A stretch of DNA of 62,921 nucleotides, filler included, from Sphacelaria rigidula (taxonomy: Eukaryota), in assembly GCA_964200075.2 (NCBI GenBank). It is 10 parts of 10 records of this genome, joined end to end, with 100 filler letters (N's around TTAATTAATTAA, not from the genome) between each part and the next. Parts side by side here need not be neighbours in the genome. Positions count along the whole stretch, not along the records: positions 44,117 to 50,318 come from CAXNAA020021545.1; positions 50,419 to 56,620 come from CAXNAA020021546.1; positions 56,721 to 62,921 come from CAXNAA020021547.1; 7 more parts are not named here. One strand, given 5' to 3'. A program made the position numbers and the translations under genes. Within the stretch, counting starts at the first letter, position 1, and every line of letters begins with the position of its first letter. A model generated the notes under the pieces. It saw only the letters and a list, made by a program, of their open reading frames with translations. It was not told the origin of the DNA and searched no databases. This document shows, piece after piece, positions 47,560 to 60,749 of this stretch.

Positions 47560-48020
47560 GACTAATGCCGAGATAGCCTCCTCACAAAAAGTGCGCCGGA
47601 GACCGTCTGAAAAACCGGCTGCAATCCGACTATTGCGCTCGTTTGCTGCAATTCCACCCACATGAGAGGCGTGTGGCAGTCCGAAATCAGCTATAAAGCC
47701 CAAATGAGTCGCGCATTGCAGCACGAAACCAGCTTTAACGGCATTTATGATCATCGCCTCCGTGCACTTTTTTGGCCGGTTCGGGGGCGTGCTATCTCGG
47801 CAGCAGTCGAAGGTGAATTTCCGTCGTCGAAAAAACGACGACGTGAGTAGCAAAAAGCGACGAGAGTTTATCTGGCGAGAGTGGAAGCGGCGCGGAAGTG
47901 TTGCTGGTCCAACCCGCGATACCAAGATGTCGTCAGGCGTGTACCGGAAGGGGAGAATGGGTTAATCTCATGAGATCACGGACTCGCCCCGAGGAAGGGG
48001 AGGGGCTGAAAGCGTGTCCC
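47560..48020 (+). mobile_element. Degenerate LINE-like 3' region (family C)
   Basis: Ends with CATGAGATCACGGACTCGCCCCGAGGAAGGG, shared with 7775-7860 and 54236-54262. 5' boundary approximate. Confidence 0.5.
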
Positions 48021-48499
48021 CGCTCCTCAAGCAAGAGATTGGTAGTACTTCTTATGGTTGATATGGTTTGGCCAACATCTACTCCTAACTCATCGCACTC
48101 CAGATGCCCGAAGATCGCCCGTAGCTGCTACACTCTTGAAACAAAGTCGGAGAGCAACGGCTTGGGCGGAGTAAATATTGGCATCAGTTGGAGGGTTTTG
48201 TCGACCACGGAATACAGGGTGTTAAGTTATCCATGAGTAAGATATGGTGCACACCGGACAGTGAGGAGCTGGTTACCGCCATTGCGTTGGGATTACCAGC
48301 GGATGTGCAGGTCAGCGGGTGCTTTTTTGGTCCCGGGATATGATGTGGCGAGGATGGAGGATGTTGATTTAGGAAATTGAAAACAAGGATACTATGATGG
48401 TTTTACCGTTTATTTTATCATGAGACCGCGGCTCGACCCCTGGGGGGTCAGTTAAAGTGCGACAATCAAATCAAATCAAATTAAATCAAATCATAATCT

Positions 48500-48806
48500 G
48501 GATGATAAGACACCCATGAGGCAGTGTGTAACCCGTGGCTGTCTGTGGAAGTGGCGATACCAAGGAAATGAAGCAGCTCGCTCGAGGCTGTCATCCAAAT
48601 GCAAGATAATCAGTAGGCTTCGGGCAAGACAATCTTAGCAGGATGCAGCTCACCCTTCATGCGACTCGCCGAACACACAACAGCGCTTCGCGCTTGGTGG
48701 TTGAGTGCGAGCCTGGTCCGGCGAGAACCTGGCGTGCTCCGTCCCGGCTTTGTAGGGATGCGAGGTTAATGTCCTTATGGTATGCATGACCATGAGTACA
48801 CCCCCT
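48500..48806 (+). mobile_element. Long copy of the oligo-C-tailed retroelement (family B)
   Basis: Collinear with 36745-37064; ends CATGAGTACACCCCC. Confidence 0.85.
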
Positions 48807-50464
48807 CCACCGTTTCTCCCGCACTCGCGCGCGCATGTCTGTTGCTCTTTTCTATGCTGGAACAGAGTGGCACTTCAAGTGCCCCGGTGTCTCTGGAAGA
48901 AGGCGCGCCAGAATGCATCATGTGTCACGAGCGAAGCGGAAAGTGAGGATACCTGAAAATGTTCAACGGGAAAGGGCGGGGGGGGGGCGACGGGGTGACG
49001 GGGGCATACTCATTTATTGCTTGCCTTAGTCTTTGACCATCGACCATGCATCCCTTTCGAGACGGAGCATGGGGGGCAGGGAGGGGGGAGAGGAATAATC
49101 GACTACGCGTGATCGTCAGTATTTTGGGGGAAAATACTACATTATGAAGGCCGGGGAAATGTGGTTTTGGAGGCAAGATTTGTAGGGTACATGAACTTGC
49201 TTACTAAAGTACAAAAGTTGGATCTTGTGGGATGTGACAGGAATCGATTATTGATGTCTTATATCTTGCTCTTTTTTTTTTTTTTTTTCCTTGGCCCACC
49301 TTCGAACCTGTATCCTACTACCTCGGCACCACCCTGGAGTCTCAAATACATGATTCCATTTATCCGCCGGCATGTATACACATCCTACATATATATTTAT
49401 GTATATGAATGCAACTGTGTGTCCAATACATGCATGAGGATACGCGTATGAGATAGTGCGATATTGACGAACATGGCGGAGTAAATCAACACCGTTCGGA
49501 GCATACCACCCCTCCCACCTCCCACCCCCTCCCCCCCCCGTCCATCCTCGAACAACCGGTGCTGGTCGCACGAGAAGAGCATACGTTATAAAGGAAGCGT
49601 TCACGAGGTGCATTCACCACTTCATCGATGAAGACTGTGTCGGAAACATTTTTTTTAATGTAAACGCTAACCCGAACCCCGACCCCAACCCAAGAAATAC
49701 CGAGAACCCTCGAGCGAGGGGGGTGCGAAGCGTTACCTGGACAAGGTGTGTTGTTGGAGGGACCTCAAAACGGTGCCACAGGCGCCGATTTAGACGAAAA
49801 TGCGTTCTGCGCACGCGAGGGGCAGTTGGGACTGTCAGCCCCGCTCAATATCCCAATAACGGTGTCTATACTCAAATCAAGTCGTGAAATTCCGGGAAGG
49901 CTCGAATCGACCAAGTGGTGGAACACCAAAGACGGTTACTCATCCACAGAAGAAATAAACTTCTTTTGTACTCCGATGTAGATTATTTTTGTTACGGTAC
50001 GTTCTTTAGTTTTCCTCCACAATTATTCGAAGCACCTTCTCTCACCGAGTGCAAAGCGAAGATGCAGCACGATGTCCGCAATCTGATATGATGGACGCAC
50101 TTGAAACCGAACAGGGCCATCGGATACATCGGGTTCGCCCAGAGGTCACCCGTGCTGGGGACGGGCGTCGCTGCAAATCCTCACCGAGGCTTGTTGAAGC
50201 GACAGATGCTTGTCGTGGGTAATTACGGCTGTCAGGTGAGGCGTATTTCCTCTTGATCCCCGTGATGTTGTGAGGAAGGTTATAAAGAAGATAGGGATGA
50301 GGGGGCAGGTATACCAGGNNNNNNNNNNNNNNNNNNNNNNNNNNNNNNNNNNNNNNNNNNNNTTAATTAATTAANNNNNNNNNNNNNNNNNNNNNNNNNN
50401 NNNNNNNNNNNNNNNNNNTGTCTTTCGTTCTTGTGGTCGGGTCGGTTTTGGTGTGTGGGGGGCG

Positions 50465-50980
50465 GCGTGGGGGGGGCGGGATCTCATTTGTTGCTTGCCT
50501 TAAGCATTTGACCATTGGCCACTCATGCCTTTCGAGACGGAGCACCGTTCCCCCTCCCATGAGAGATAGGTCCAACATTCGGGCGCTCAGTACGTTTTTC
50601 ATTACACAAAAACCTTTTGTAAACCCTTCCTGTTTCGCCCGCTGTGGCCACCATCTATCTCCTAGTACAGCGATCGTTTTCTCACTACTACCTATAGTAC
50701 CAAACGATTCCACATTCGTTTAGTTGCCCTTTTCCCGCTCTAGCACGCCCTATTCTTCGCTGTATGGTTCACATTCCGTTGCTAAATGAGTTCTATTCTC
50801 CTTTGCTTTGCCACGGAGGCAATTCCGTGCATCCACTTCCTCCTCTACCCGACTACTGGTATGCTTTTTCTTTTTTTCTGGCAGGTCCAGCCCCCCACCC
50901 GGAATCACAGTTTCAGCATTGGTCGCTGGTCGCGTAGTCCACACATCAAAGGAGGGGAGGGGGGATGATACACGACCAGA
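50465..50980 (-). mobile_element. 5'-truncated LINE (family A): ORF2 C-terminus with degenerate CCHC knuckle and oligo-C tail
   Basis: GLDLPEKKKKHTSSRVEEEVDARNCLRGKAKENRTHLATEC...SSEKTIAVLGDRWWPQ...; same 3' end as 19687-19796, 49000-49070(-) and 57005-57035(-). Confidence 0.85.
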
Positions 50981-51078
50981 AAACCAACGTGAAGTATTTT
51001 CCGCTACCTCCGCCCTTATCGTCTTGAACGTCCGCCGGCCCATTTCTCCTTGATACCTTGCGGGCTACGAAATAACAG

Positions 51079-51409
51079 CTGCAGCCGAAGCGGCGGGACA
51101 AACGGTACCACTTGCGTCAGCTGCTGTACCGTATTTGAAAGGCTTGGCGCTGAAGCCTGCCGAGCCAGCCCCCCTCCACCTGCTTTTGAGGGTCTACATG
51201 AGGCTTGAAGACGAAAAATCGTGCGCGGACGCGTTTTGGTTATACTGGCCGAAGATGTCGGGAAATTATCCACGGGTTGCGGGGAAACGAGAGCGTGACG
51301 GAGAATTTGGAGATGGGTGGGCTTGGGACGAGTGGGATGGCATGAAGGATAGGAATGCCGTGGCAGGAATCATGGAGTGTGTCGCCACATGCTTCGCCGG
51401 ACTGCAAAG
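51079..51409 (+). CDS. Exon of a TPR-like plus GT4-like glycosyltransferase gene (helical region)
   Basis: aacag|..AAEAAGQTVPLASAAVPYLKGLALKPAEPAPLHLLLRVY...CFAGLQ(R)|gtttgt; phase 2 out. Acceptor choice uncertain. Confidence 0.6.
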
Positions 51410-52361
51410 GTTTGTACAGACGCCGATACACGCACGTGGAAGGTGGACATTGGGCGAAGGCGTGATTACAGCGCACGGTATGGCTTAGTCCGTCCAGAAC
51501 AAACATGTTGTACCAAGTGTAAATGCTGCATACGGTAGTGTCCCGCCGACCCGATCTACTGAAAACGACGCCTTCCTCTCAGGATGCCGGATCCGTTCGC
51601 GGGTGTAAATCAAACTTCTTGAGCTAAACCTACCCCGTCCATTGCTGCCGAACGCCAGTCCTGATTGCTAAGGGTGACCGTGACTAGGTGGCTGTGGAGT
51701 TTATACCGCCGGTCCGTGTTGTTTACTGTTCAGCATTTGTTAGCTAGGCATGAACGACTTCATCGATCATTGGATGAGGATCATTTACACATGTAAAATA
51801 TGTTTTATCCTATCTCCGAGCGCACGATTTGACAATGATATTCTTCGTCTTCGGGTTTTTAGAAACGCGGGGGTGGTGGTGTATGTACACAGTATGCGTT
51901 GCGGGGGAGAGTAGTCAGTGCATCATCTTAGTGGTGGATGCTGTGAGCACAAATAGTGGTCTTGTCTCCTCATTTTTCTTCGGGTATGCTGTGCTGTACG
52001 TAGCTCATATGGCGAAAGTGGAAGGGGTGGCAGGAGAAAAAAGATCTGCCAACAAAGTGTTGCGACCGGAAAGCTCTGAGGTGCACGATGAAGTTGTGTC
52101 CAACTGTTCATCAGTTGTATTCGCTAAATTTTGGTAATCCATATAGAACGAGAACACTTGGCATTATGTGCTATGCTCCCCTTAGCTGATTTTCTTGTCA
52201 GTGCGGAGAACATTGCAATGCGAGCATGGCAGCCGCTGTATAGCACGAGAGAAAAGAGCTCTGTAGGTCCTGCGTGCTACGAAGGGCATTTGTCTCTAGG
52301 ATGCAACGTGATCCCTGTATTCTCTTTCTGCACATGACTGTTCTATCTTTCGTTATTGCAG

Positions 52362-52411
52362 GGCAGAGGAGGGGTGGAGAGCATGGAAATTTGCCATGGA
52401 ACTACTGCCAG
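52362..52411 (+). CDS. Micro-exon of the same glycosyltransferase gene
   Basis: tgcag|(R)AEEGWRAWKFAMELLP(G)|gtgagt; phase 2 in, phase 1 out, bridging both neighbours. Confidence 0.65.
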
Positions 52412-53088
52412 GTGAGTTCGCTTCACTCGTCATGTACAGTCCCATCGAAACGACGCACCCGGGTGGTCAAACCAAACTCTACAGCATACTAGTTTGACCG
52501 GAGTCCGCCGTGTCGAACCCCGACACCTGTCCAGGGCGTGTGATCTGGTCTCCGTCGTCTGAGAGCACGTGGTCTGATTTGATCCAAATACATGAGTACA
52601 CTCGGTGGAAGTGGACGGGTTGCGGAAATGCTGGTCCATTGTTCCGTACATAATTGCAAAGCCAGGATCCAGAAATGGGCTAGTCCCTTGAGACCATGAA
52701 CTCGTCTTGGGGCAGGATATAGAGCGTCCTTTTCTTTTTGACACGGAAACATACGGAAAAAGGCCTAGTGCATGCCGTTTTGGCATCCTTAGACACACAC
52801 ACGTCATCTTCTCGCATGCAGTCTATCGCGACTTCACGAGGCCCTCCCTCATGAGACGTGTCTCGAACCATGGTTCGTTTCTCACTACTGTTGTAGCTAC
52901 CCCTTACTTATCCTGTGAGTGGACGGCTTGGGCGTATGACCCAAAAAGCAATTAAAATCGCTCTGTCGCTTGAAAAGGGGGGAAGACACGCGTTGCGCTG
53001 ACCACTGCGTTTTGCATCCCCCTTTCAAGATTCGTTGAGTCCCATTGGCAGCGTTCCGTCAATCCAAACATCGATATCTACGGCGAAA

Positions 53089-53970
53089 ATGAAACGTTTG
53101 GTGCTCATTTTTCGCTGAGACTAGCAGTTGTAATACCGCTTGTGAGGTAGTGAGAGCTCAAGGCATTGGGGTCTCCACCGCTTCGTGTCGTGCGTACGGC
53201 AGTGGGAGACTCTAGTGTCCGCGTAACCCGGGATAAATATCGATCGTGAGGAGTTCATTTGGTTTGTTTGGATCAACTTGGCAACTCCTCGTTCACCTGT
53301 AAACGAAGACGAGTGATAACCGGACATTCCCACTCAGTCACTGGCCCTACTACTGTCTCGCTCGCTGCTTCGCTGTCGTCCAAATCCGCTCCTCTGACGG
53401 ACGTTTATCGTACTTACCGGTTATCACGCTCTGTAGAAAATCAAGAGTTCCCGCTGAGATATGCTGCCAACCTCAACGCCGCGGGCTATCGCGAAGAGAG
53501 CGACATCGTCCTTGCAAAGTTCGTACCGGAACTCAACCGCGTGTGGTTCGAGCAGGAAGGCGGAGCACAGATGCCCAGAATACCTAGACCTACTGGCAAG
53601 CGAGGTCAGAGGTTGGGCGCGCAAAACCTCCACTGGGGGTGGTTCTTGAAGTTCTTGAGGATTGAAGCAAATGTGACAGGATGACGCCGGATCCATACCA
53701 CATTGCATGCCAATCTCGCGGCTTTGCTTCGGACGGTCTCTCAAGTTCGTCAAGCTTTGCTGCATCTGTTGATAGAAGCGAACACATAATCCAAATCCGT
53801 TTAGTCTGTCTGCTGAATACGGGATTGCTTTCAGGAAAAGCCGTCGCAGCACGATGACGGTAGCCAAAGTTTCGGGTGGGACGTGTTGGTATGGGGTTAC
53901 GCGCATTTTCCCGAAAATATAAAGAGCTGTGACGCCCACCTGTCGCTTGGCACGCACATACACACGCAAA
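53089..53970 (+). pseudogene. Intronic decayed ORF, tentatively C5 DNA-cytosine methyltransferase-like
   Basis: Motif-like segments in MTase order: SFFAETSS, SHSVTG, VEN, LNAAGY...VLAKFVPELNRVWF, HFPEN. Stops and frameshifts; catalytic PC not visible. Confidence 0.35.
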
Positions 53971-54509
53971 TGCACTTGCCGCGGCACCCCGGTGGTAAAA
54001 TTGTCCAACTGACCCTATTCGGTCAGAAAAGTGCGAACTATATTCCCGGCAGATGGAGTTTCGTTTTCTTGTGATAGGTATCTGATTGTCGATGTTAAAT
54101 GGGGAGGACATGGCATGAGTAGCAAAAAAAAGTACGTGTGACGAGAGTCGACGCAATACGGGAGTGGTCATCATCCAATCAATCCGAAACATCACAATGG
54201 AAGGCATGTGCCGGTGGAGAGATTGGCTTGGTCTCTTGAGATCACGGGCTCGTCCCGAGGAAGGGCAGGGGTTGGACGTTCGACGAAAAAACTAGACACA
54301 CCCAAACACAGACACAAACGCAAACACAGAGACCGTCAGCTGCCGCGGCACCTCCCCCACGAATTAATGACTGCTACGAAGACTGACGTTCTTCTCGTCC
54401 CAACATCTGTAGTACGTTTGGTCCTCGACGCCAAACAAACACTACGCGTGTTCTGTGAAACAACAAGGAAACTCCCGGAAATTGATGCCTGTTGCCTCTT
54501 GTGTGTCAG

Positions 54510-54657
54510 GAGAGCGGGCGTCGAAGGTGATAGTCATCTACTGCCACGAGTACACCAACGCATGGTTCCCAAACTGGGGCCCGTCCAGCCTGGGGAAAGG
54601 TCTCGGAGGGTCGGAAGAGGTGGTTATTTACGTCTCCCGAGAGTTAGCGAGATTAGG
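54510..54657 (+). CDS. Exon encoding the N-terminus of a GT4-like (GT-B) glycosyltransferase domain
   Basis: gtcag|ERASKVIVIYCHEYTNAWFPNWGPSSLGKGLGGSEEVVIYVSRELARLG|gtgagg; 'GGxExxxxxLxxxLxxxG' GT4 motif. Confidence 0.8.
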
Positions 54658-57600
54658 GTGAGGATCGGCTTTCGGCACAACTTGTTAGGGCAAGACTAGG
54701 GTAACGTGGTGATCGAATACCGTGAACACCGTCGTAGGCTACGCCCATTGGAGGCACCACCAATGCCTCAGGTGCATAGGCGTAATAGGAAACGAAATAT
54801 TCAGGATGTACATTAGCACTGGTCGGTTTCATGGGAGTCCTAGTTTCGTCAGACATCACCTGCGTCGTGATGACAATGATGCCCCCACCGTACTGCACCC
54901 AACACCACGCCGCGACCATTGAGGAAGCACGACAACCGCTCATCATGTTACCTGAAGCTGAGAAATCGCCCCTCAAAACTTTCGAATACTATGGAACACA
55001 TGGCCACTGTTCTCCTTGTTGGGTCGCAGGTACTGGGTGGAAGTTTATGCAGATCCAGTTGGAGACGACGTGGGTGTTGACAACGGAGGGAGCGACGGGG
55101 GGCACACCGGGAACAACGGTGGAGGAGTCGTGTGGTACTCCTGCAAGTCCTATAATGTCGCCAATCCTCCAGATGTGTTCGTCGCTTGGAGGTGATACTG
55201 CGCATGAAAGCGTTGATGCCCACAATCCATTTCCACCATGACGCACACAGAGTAGGCCGGCTTGAGGTGTAGTATGCTAGTATATGGACCCACGTGCATG
55301 CGTACATAAAGCTGCGTGTATTCACAAGGATAGTCTATAGCCACAATATTACAAGAACCGGCGTGGGACAATCGCATCGCCTTGAGGAACACACACACAC
55401 ACACACACACGCACACACATGTGTGTGTACACTCACCTAGTGCGAGAAAATATCTGAGTTGAATGGGAAGGATGTACTTGAGAAAGCCAGGCCTCGGACT
55501 CGGTCACCTTCAATATTTCGCCACGGGAGCGGAGCATGCTACGGTAGGGGTTGCACTTTTTTTTAATCGAAACATCTCTCGGGGCTGCTCGAGGTGTTGG
55601 ACATATCATTTTCAGAATCGGTATCATTTTTGCTTTAAAAAAATACTGAAAATGATGCCGATTCACGAAAAGGCCCCTGCGTGCAAACAGTAGGTTTCTG
55701 GGAGTCCGGTCCCCGGAGATTTGGATCGCACACTAAGCCGCATATATTTGGGTTCCTACAAAAAGGAGACCCAGAAACAAAAAGTGCAACCCCTACCGTA
55801 GCATTGCTCAGCGAAAGCCGGCGGCAATATATAACCTCAGGTTGTCGACACTGGTGTGATCACGCGGTCGGATGACCGTTGGGACGGCGTGACACACAGA
55901 TGAGGCCATGGTGATAGCCTAGGATTGGTAGCTCAGGAGAACCGATCAAGTCAAGAACTCGATAAGATGGCCGTGGAGTCGCAAGCTCCGCAAAGGGCTT
56001 CACCCTCGAGGAGTTACCGACTACTTCCGTCTCGACTACCCTGGGTGCATCTACTCTGTGACGACAGCCGAGCCACTCGGAAAACAATCGGTGTGCGACA
56101 AGCAATCAAATCGATCATTTGATGGAACTGCTCTGTTGGACACTTCACCAGGTTGCGCTATTGCGTGTGCCCGCGTTTGTATTCCCTTCCACGGTAGGTA
56201 CCACGTGAGCCTACACCTGGCGAAGGGCAGTGGCCGCGTGTTCCTATGGCTGCAGGTGAAACCTCGGGCAGGCACTTGTCACCCGACTTCCGACTACACC
56301 CATGACACCCGCTTTCGCCTACTCAAGTAGGTGTCGTGAACGAAACAAAATGAGGCTTCTCAAGCTGCAAAGCAAGCATCGATGCACGTCTTAACGCGAG
56401 TCTTCTCGATTCGCCACGCAGTACAACTCATCAAGCCTGATCCTGACACTTTCTGCGATAGCCCCCCCCAAAAACCAGCCCAAAAGTGTCACGAAAAAAA
56501 TGGCCATACAGCGCCTAATGTTTGGGTTCAGGCTGCATGAAGCGTCTCATATTGGCGACATTGGCTAGAACGAACCCAAACATGGGAATTCCTAGCTGCT
56601 CGTTGTGCTCGGCTTTTCACNNNNNNNNNNNNNNNNNNNNNNNNNNNNNNNNNNNNNNNNNNNNTTAATTAATTAANNNNNNNNNNNNNNNNNNNNNNNN
56701 NNNNNNNNNNNNNNNNNNNNTTTTTCTTATCTTTGTTACAGACGAGTACCGCGCATTTGTTGACATTCGCTGTCACTCTCCATTTCCTAGTGTGTGTGGG
56801 GGGTAGCATACGATCTACGTACCCCCTTCATAGGTGAGTAAAAATAGAATAGAAAAGAACAATATGAATGCAATATAGATCGCTCTGCTTCGCATCACAC
56901 TTCCAATTTTCCTATCCTTTCCAACATTGGATTGGAATGGAAAAGGGACAGGAGAGACAGACGCCCTCAATGAAGAAAAGCAAGAACGGCATAAAAGCAG
57001 AAGAAGGGGGGGCGTACTCATTTGTTGCTTGACGGAAAGAAAGTAAGGGCCATAGATTGACGATGACAACTCTTTCGCGCATCGCACCACGCAAATTCCA
57101 GACATTATCGTTCTAGTCCGAGTGATGTCGTTCCACGTGCGCAAGTATGCGCAGGAAGGCGGAACTGAGACCGGAGTCGTCGCTCGGCAAGTTCCCGCTA
57201 GGTTCTCCCGATCTATTCCTGGCCACTACTTGTGGATCCGTCTTGACGTACACGTACAACACGTGTCTCCCGGAATGCCAGTGGGCATCGAACGGGGCAA
57301 ACGCGCTAGTGCCACCATCAGTTCGACCGTGCTGGCAAATGCTTTGGATTGAGTCAGTACATCGCTGGCGAGGGTGCAACAGCGAATATAAGGACGCCGC
57401 GGCGGGAGAAATTTACATTTGTACTTCGTTGGACATTCCTCATTCCTCATACGCTGACCGTTACCAGGGTGGTATCCCACGTTGCAAATCATGTACAGGC
57501 TGGTCAGTGTTTCAGATTATGATGTCTTCACGGTCGCATCAGAAAACCCGGCGCATGTGCAAGGCATCTTGTGCGCGTACAAGGCATACCAAGCACAATA

Positions 57601-58190
57601 ACATCGGCACAGCACATACCCCCAACTCGTTTGGGAAATACCAGACGTGCTGGGACGTACATCGTTTCGTACAAACCACCGTGGAGTAGGTGCGAGTGGG
57701 TGCCAGAAACAAGTGAGATACGGATCGATTGTGATCTACCAATACTGTACCCGCTCATGTGGCACAGCCAGCTAACCGATGCTTTACAGTGTCTCTCATC
57801 ACATGGACGGAGCCGCACTGGTGAATGCAGGGAGCCCACGGTGGTGCGGAGTACTACTGTACAATCAGTAAAGCAGCAGCTGCCAACAGTACAGCAAGAA
57901 TATCCAACGGAGTTCAACTTTGTTTTGGTTCAGAACCAACCGAATGCTCTCGTAGTGCGGACATTTATTACATCAGCTATCTGACTCTTCCCAGACTTCC
58001 GCGCCGGTCCCAGGTTGCCATACAAAAGCTTGGTTGTTATCGATTTTTTCTTCTGTCGGGGATACCTGTTGGCGGTTTCATCTTCACTGCTGCGCCTGAT
58101 ACTTGGTGAGATCCAGCGCACTGAGCAAGGCTACAACGAGTATAAAATATTTTCAACCATTTTTTCCGACCATCTAGTAAACTCTTTTGT

Positions 58191-58655
58191 GTCAATCGGC
58201 GCAAATAACCCGAGGGTTATGCGAGGACTGGGACTTCTACCGGTTTTTTTTGCACGCACGCGTCGCCTTTTATCGAATACTGGACGGATATCCGTCAAAC
58301 AAAGGCTGTCGTGTGTGGATGATGAGGTATCGCTTAAACGATGCGCGTGAGTGGTGGGTGTCTGCGTGTTTTTTCAGGGTCGGCAGCATACCTTGGACCT
58401 GCTTGGACTAACGACCACACAAAAACATTGATTTGTGGAACGTGCAGATCCGGGTTGAAAGTTTTGAAGTTGAATACAGCCCGTCAATTGGCGCAAGTAA
58501 CCGGAGGGTTATGCGAGGACTGGGAGTTCTACCGTTTTTTGTTGCACGCACGCGTACTGGACGAATATCCGCCAAACAAAGGCTGTCGTAGATGATGAGG
58601 TATCGCTTAAATGATGCGCGTGAGTGGTGGGTGTCTGTGCGTGTTTTTTCAGGGC
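58191..58655. repeat. Tandem duplication of a ~170-190-bp segment (58191-58383 and 58483-58655)
   Basis: GTCAAT.GGCGCAA.TAACC.GAGGGTTATGCGAGGACTGGGA...GATGAGGTATCGCTTAAA.GATGCGCGTGAGTGGTGGGTGTCTG occurs twice. Confidence 0.9.
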
Positions 58656-59154
58656 TGGGTGTGCAGGTGTTGTGCTCCGTTGTTGCATCTTGCGAAGACG
58701 GTTTGGTCTCTGCTGAGTTGCTTGATGTGCTATGTTGTTGTGTTCGTCTCTCTGTAACCAAGCTGTATCATAAAGCATCAATAAGGACGCTGTGATTTTG
58801 CAACAAGAGAACCTGATGCATACTGTACACAGTCCATCTTCAGGTTCTAAAACTAGAAAACACTGCAGAACTACCGTGTTGTCTTGTGGTGAGGGTAGTA
58901 TTCTGTTCTCCATACACCACTGCAAAAGTATACCGTTTTGAGTGTACTACCCTGTACTCCATGTAATGGCGTCATGGTCCGAGCAGCTTTTCAAAAAGTT
59001 CTGCTCGTTTTTTAAAAGTATTCCGAAAAAACGAGAGTGTTTTCTGGCACAGAAATCTAATGCCGAATCTGGAATAGCCTGAGACAACANNNNNNNNAAA
59101 AAAAAAAAAAAATAAAAAAAAAATATAAAAAAAAAATAAAAATAAAAAAAAAAA

Positions 59155-59199
<45 letters not shown>

Positions 59200-60749
59200 A
59201 CAATGATGAAATGAGAAAAGAAAAAATAATAATAATTACTATCATCATATTATTTGATTATTATTTGATTATTATTTGATTATTACTATTATTATTATTA
59301 TTACTACTACTATTACTATGTTAGTCACATTCGTCACATTCGTCGTCACAACTAAATAATAACTAAATCAAATACCGAAAGCAAATATGGGAAGAAAAGG
59401 GAAGGGGAAAAATTGAAATAAAATCGAGACAAAAAAAATAAATAGCAAAGATAATAAACACACAATAAACACACAACAAACACATAAAATGAAAAACCAA
59501 TGCTCACCTCGGTGTGTCTTTTTGAAGTTGGTAGCGTTTACCACGGTATTCAGCCATCACATTAACCCACGGTGAATTTTGGGTCGTAACTGATCACCTC
59601 GGTACTCCTCTGTGAAGAAACCAGTCACCTTAGCGCGATTATCCCATGAATTCGTCCACTGTATCCTATACTAAATCCTAAACAATATTACCGTGTTTCG
59701 AAAACTGATCTCATCCTAAAACTTGTTGGAACACGGTACACACGACCACCGCTGTAGGCGCATCATGCATCCATTCCGTTTTAGGCTGGTTCACGCTGAT
59801 CACCCCGAACTGTGTCATCAGCAAATGCCTTTCGGAATACCTACCCACTGGTCGCATACATGACGTCATCGTGACCGCCATGGACAGCTGAAGAGCGTGA
59901 CATTGCCGGATTTATGTTGAAGGTCATAGCGGTGGCGCTAAGGGCGAGAAGGTACATCGACCATTCAGCGTCTTTCAAACTTTGCTGAAATCGGAAATAC
60001 GATTTCCAGGTCAACATCTACCCAGTGTCCACAGGCTTCAAATCGTAGTAACCTCCATGAGCTCGAGAATCTAACGGAAAACATAGATTTGAAAAAAAAA
60101 CGTTATTACGGGGCCGAATTATATCCGAAACTGTGGTGTTTCGGTGACGCGGGGTTTTGGCGTCGTCTAGTTTCCACTGGTGCTAAACAGAACGACCCAG
60201 CGAGCCTCGTGACGATTCCCTTGTACTTATCGTGGAAAAGCTCACTTCACCCTCCAACTTGGCAATTTTCCACGTATTGATGCTTTAAATAGAAAATTAT
60301 ATTCTTGACAGTATTTCAAAGTTTATTCGTTCTCTATCGGCTTCCGGGGGTCCCGGTGTAACGACCCAAATATTACATTTTTATGCTCAAACCAAGTAGT
60401 TATAACTTAGCACGTTTTAAGCCCACATCATCGCACAAACGCGCGAAACTTCACGTCGTTTTTGGGAGTTACACCCTGAAACTTTGTAAATGTGCTATGC
60501 CCGCCCTATTATACAGCTTTCGATGGACAATATTTTTTTTTGGTACTTTTATACTTTTTTGCCGTTTTCAGGAGGTCCGACGTGATCCAAGACTCCCCCA
60601 AACCCCAAGATTTCCAAAAAACGGAAAAAAAACAAGAAATCTTCGACCTCCGAAAATCGCGTAGTGACCCATAGCAAAATTGCGCAAAATTCAAGGTCTG
60701 GCTCCAAAAAACGGCGTGAAGTTTCGCGGATCAGTGTGTTTAAGGTCAA

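Noticed and set aside
59090..59320. Poly-A/poly-Phe and other homopolymer ORFs (also the poly-C/G ORFs at 13656-14040 and 45064-45318)
   Set aside because: Low-complexity tracts, two of them next to N gaps; likely partly sequencing noise.
59500..59605. CC(T/A)CGGT motifs spaced ~30 bp apart
   Set aside because: Motif is only 7-9 bp with irregular spacing; fits transposon subterminal motifs.
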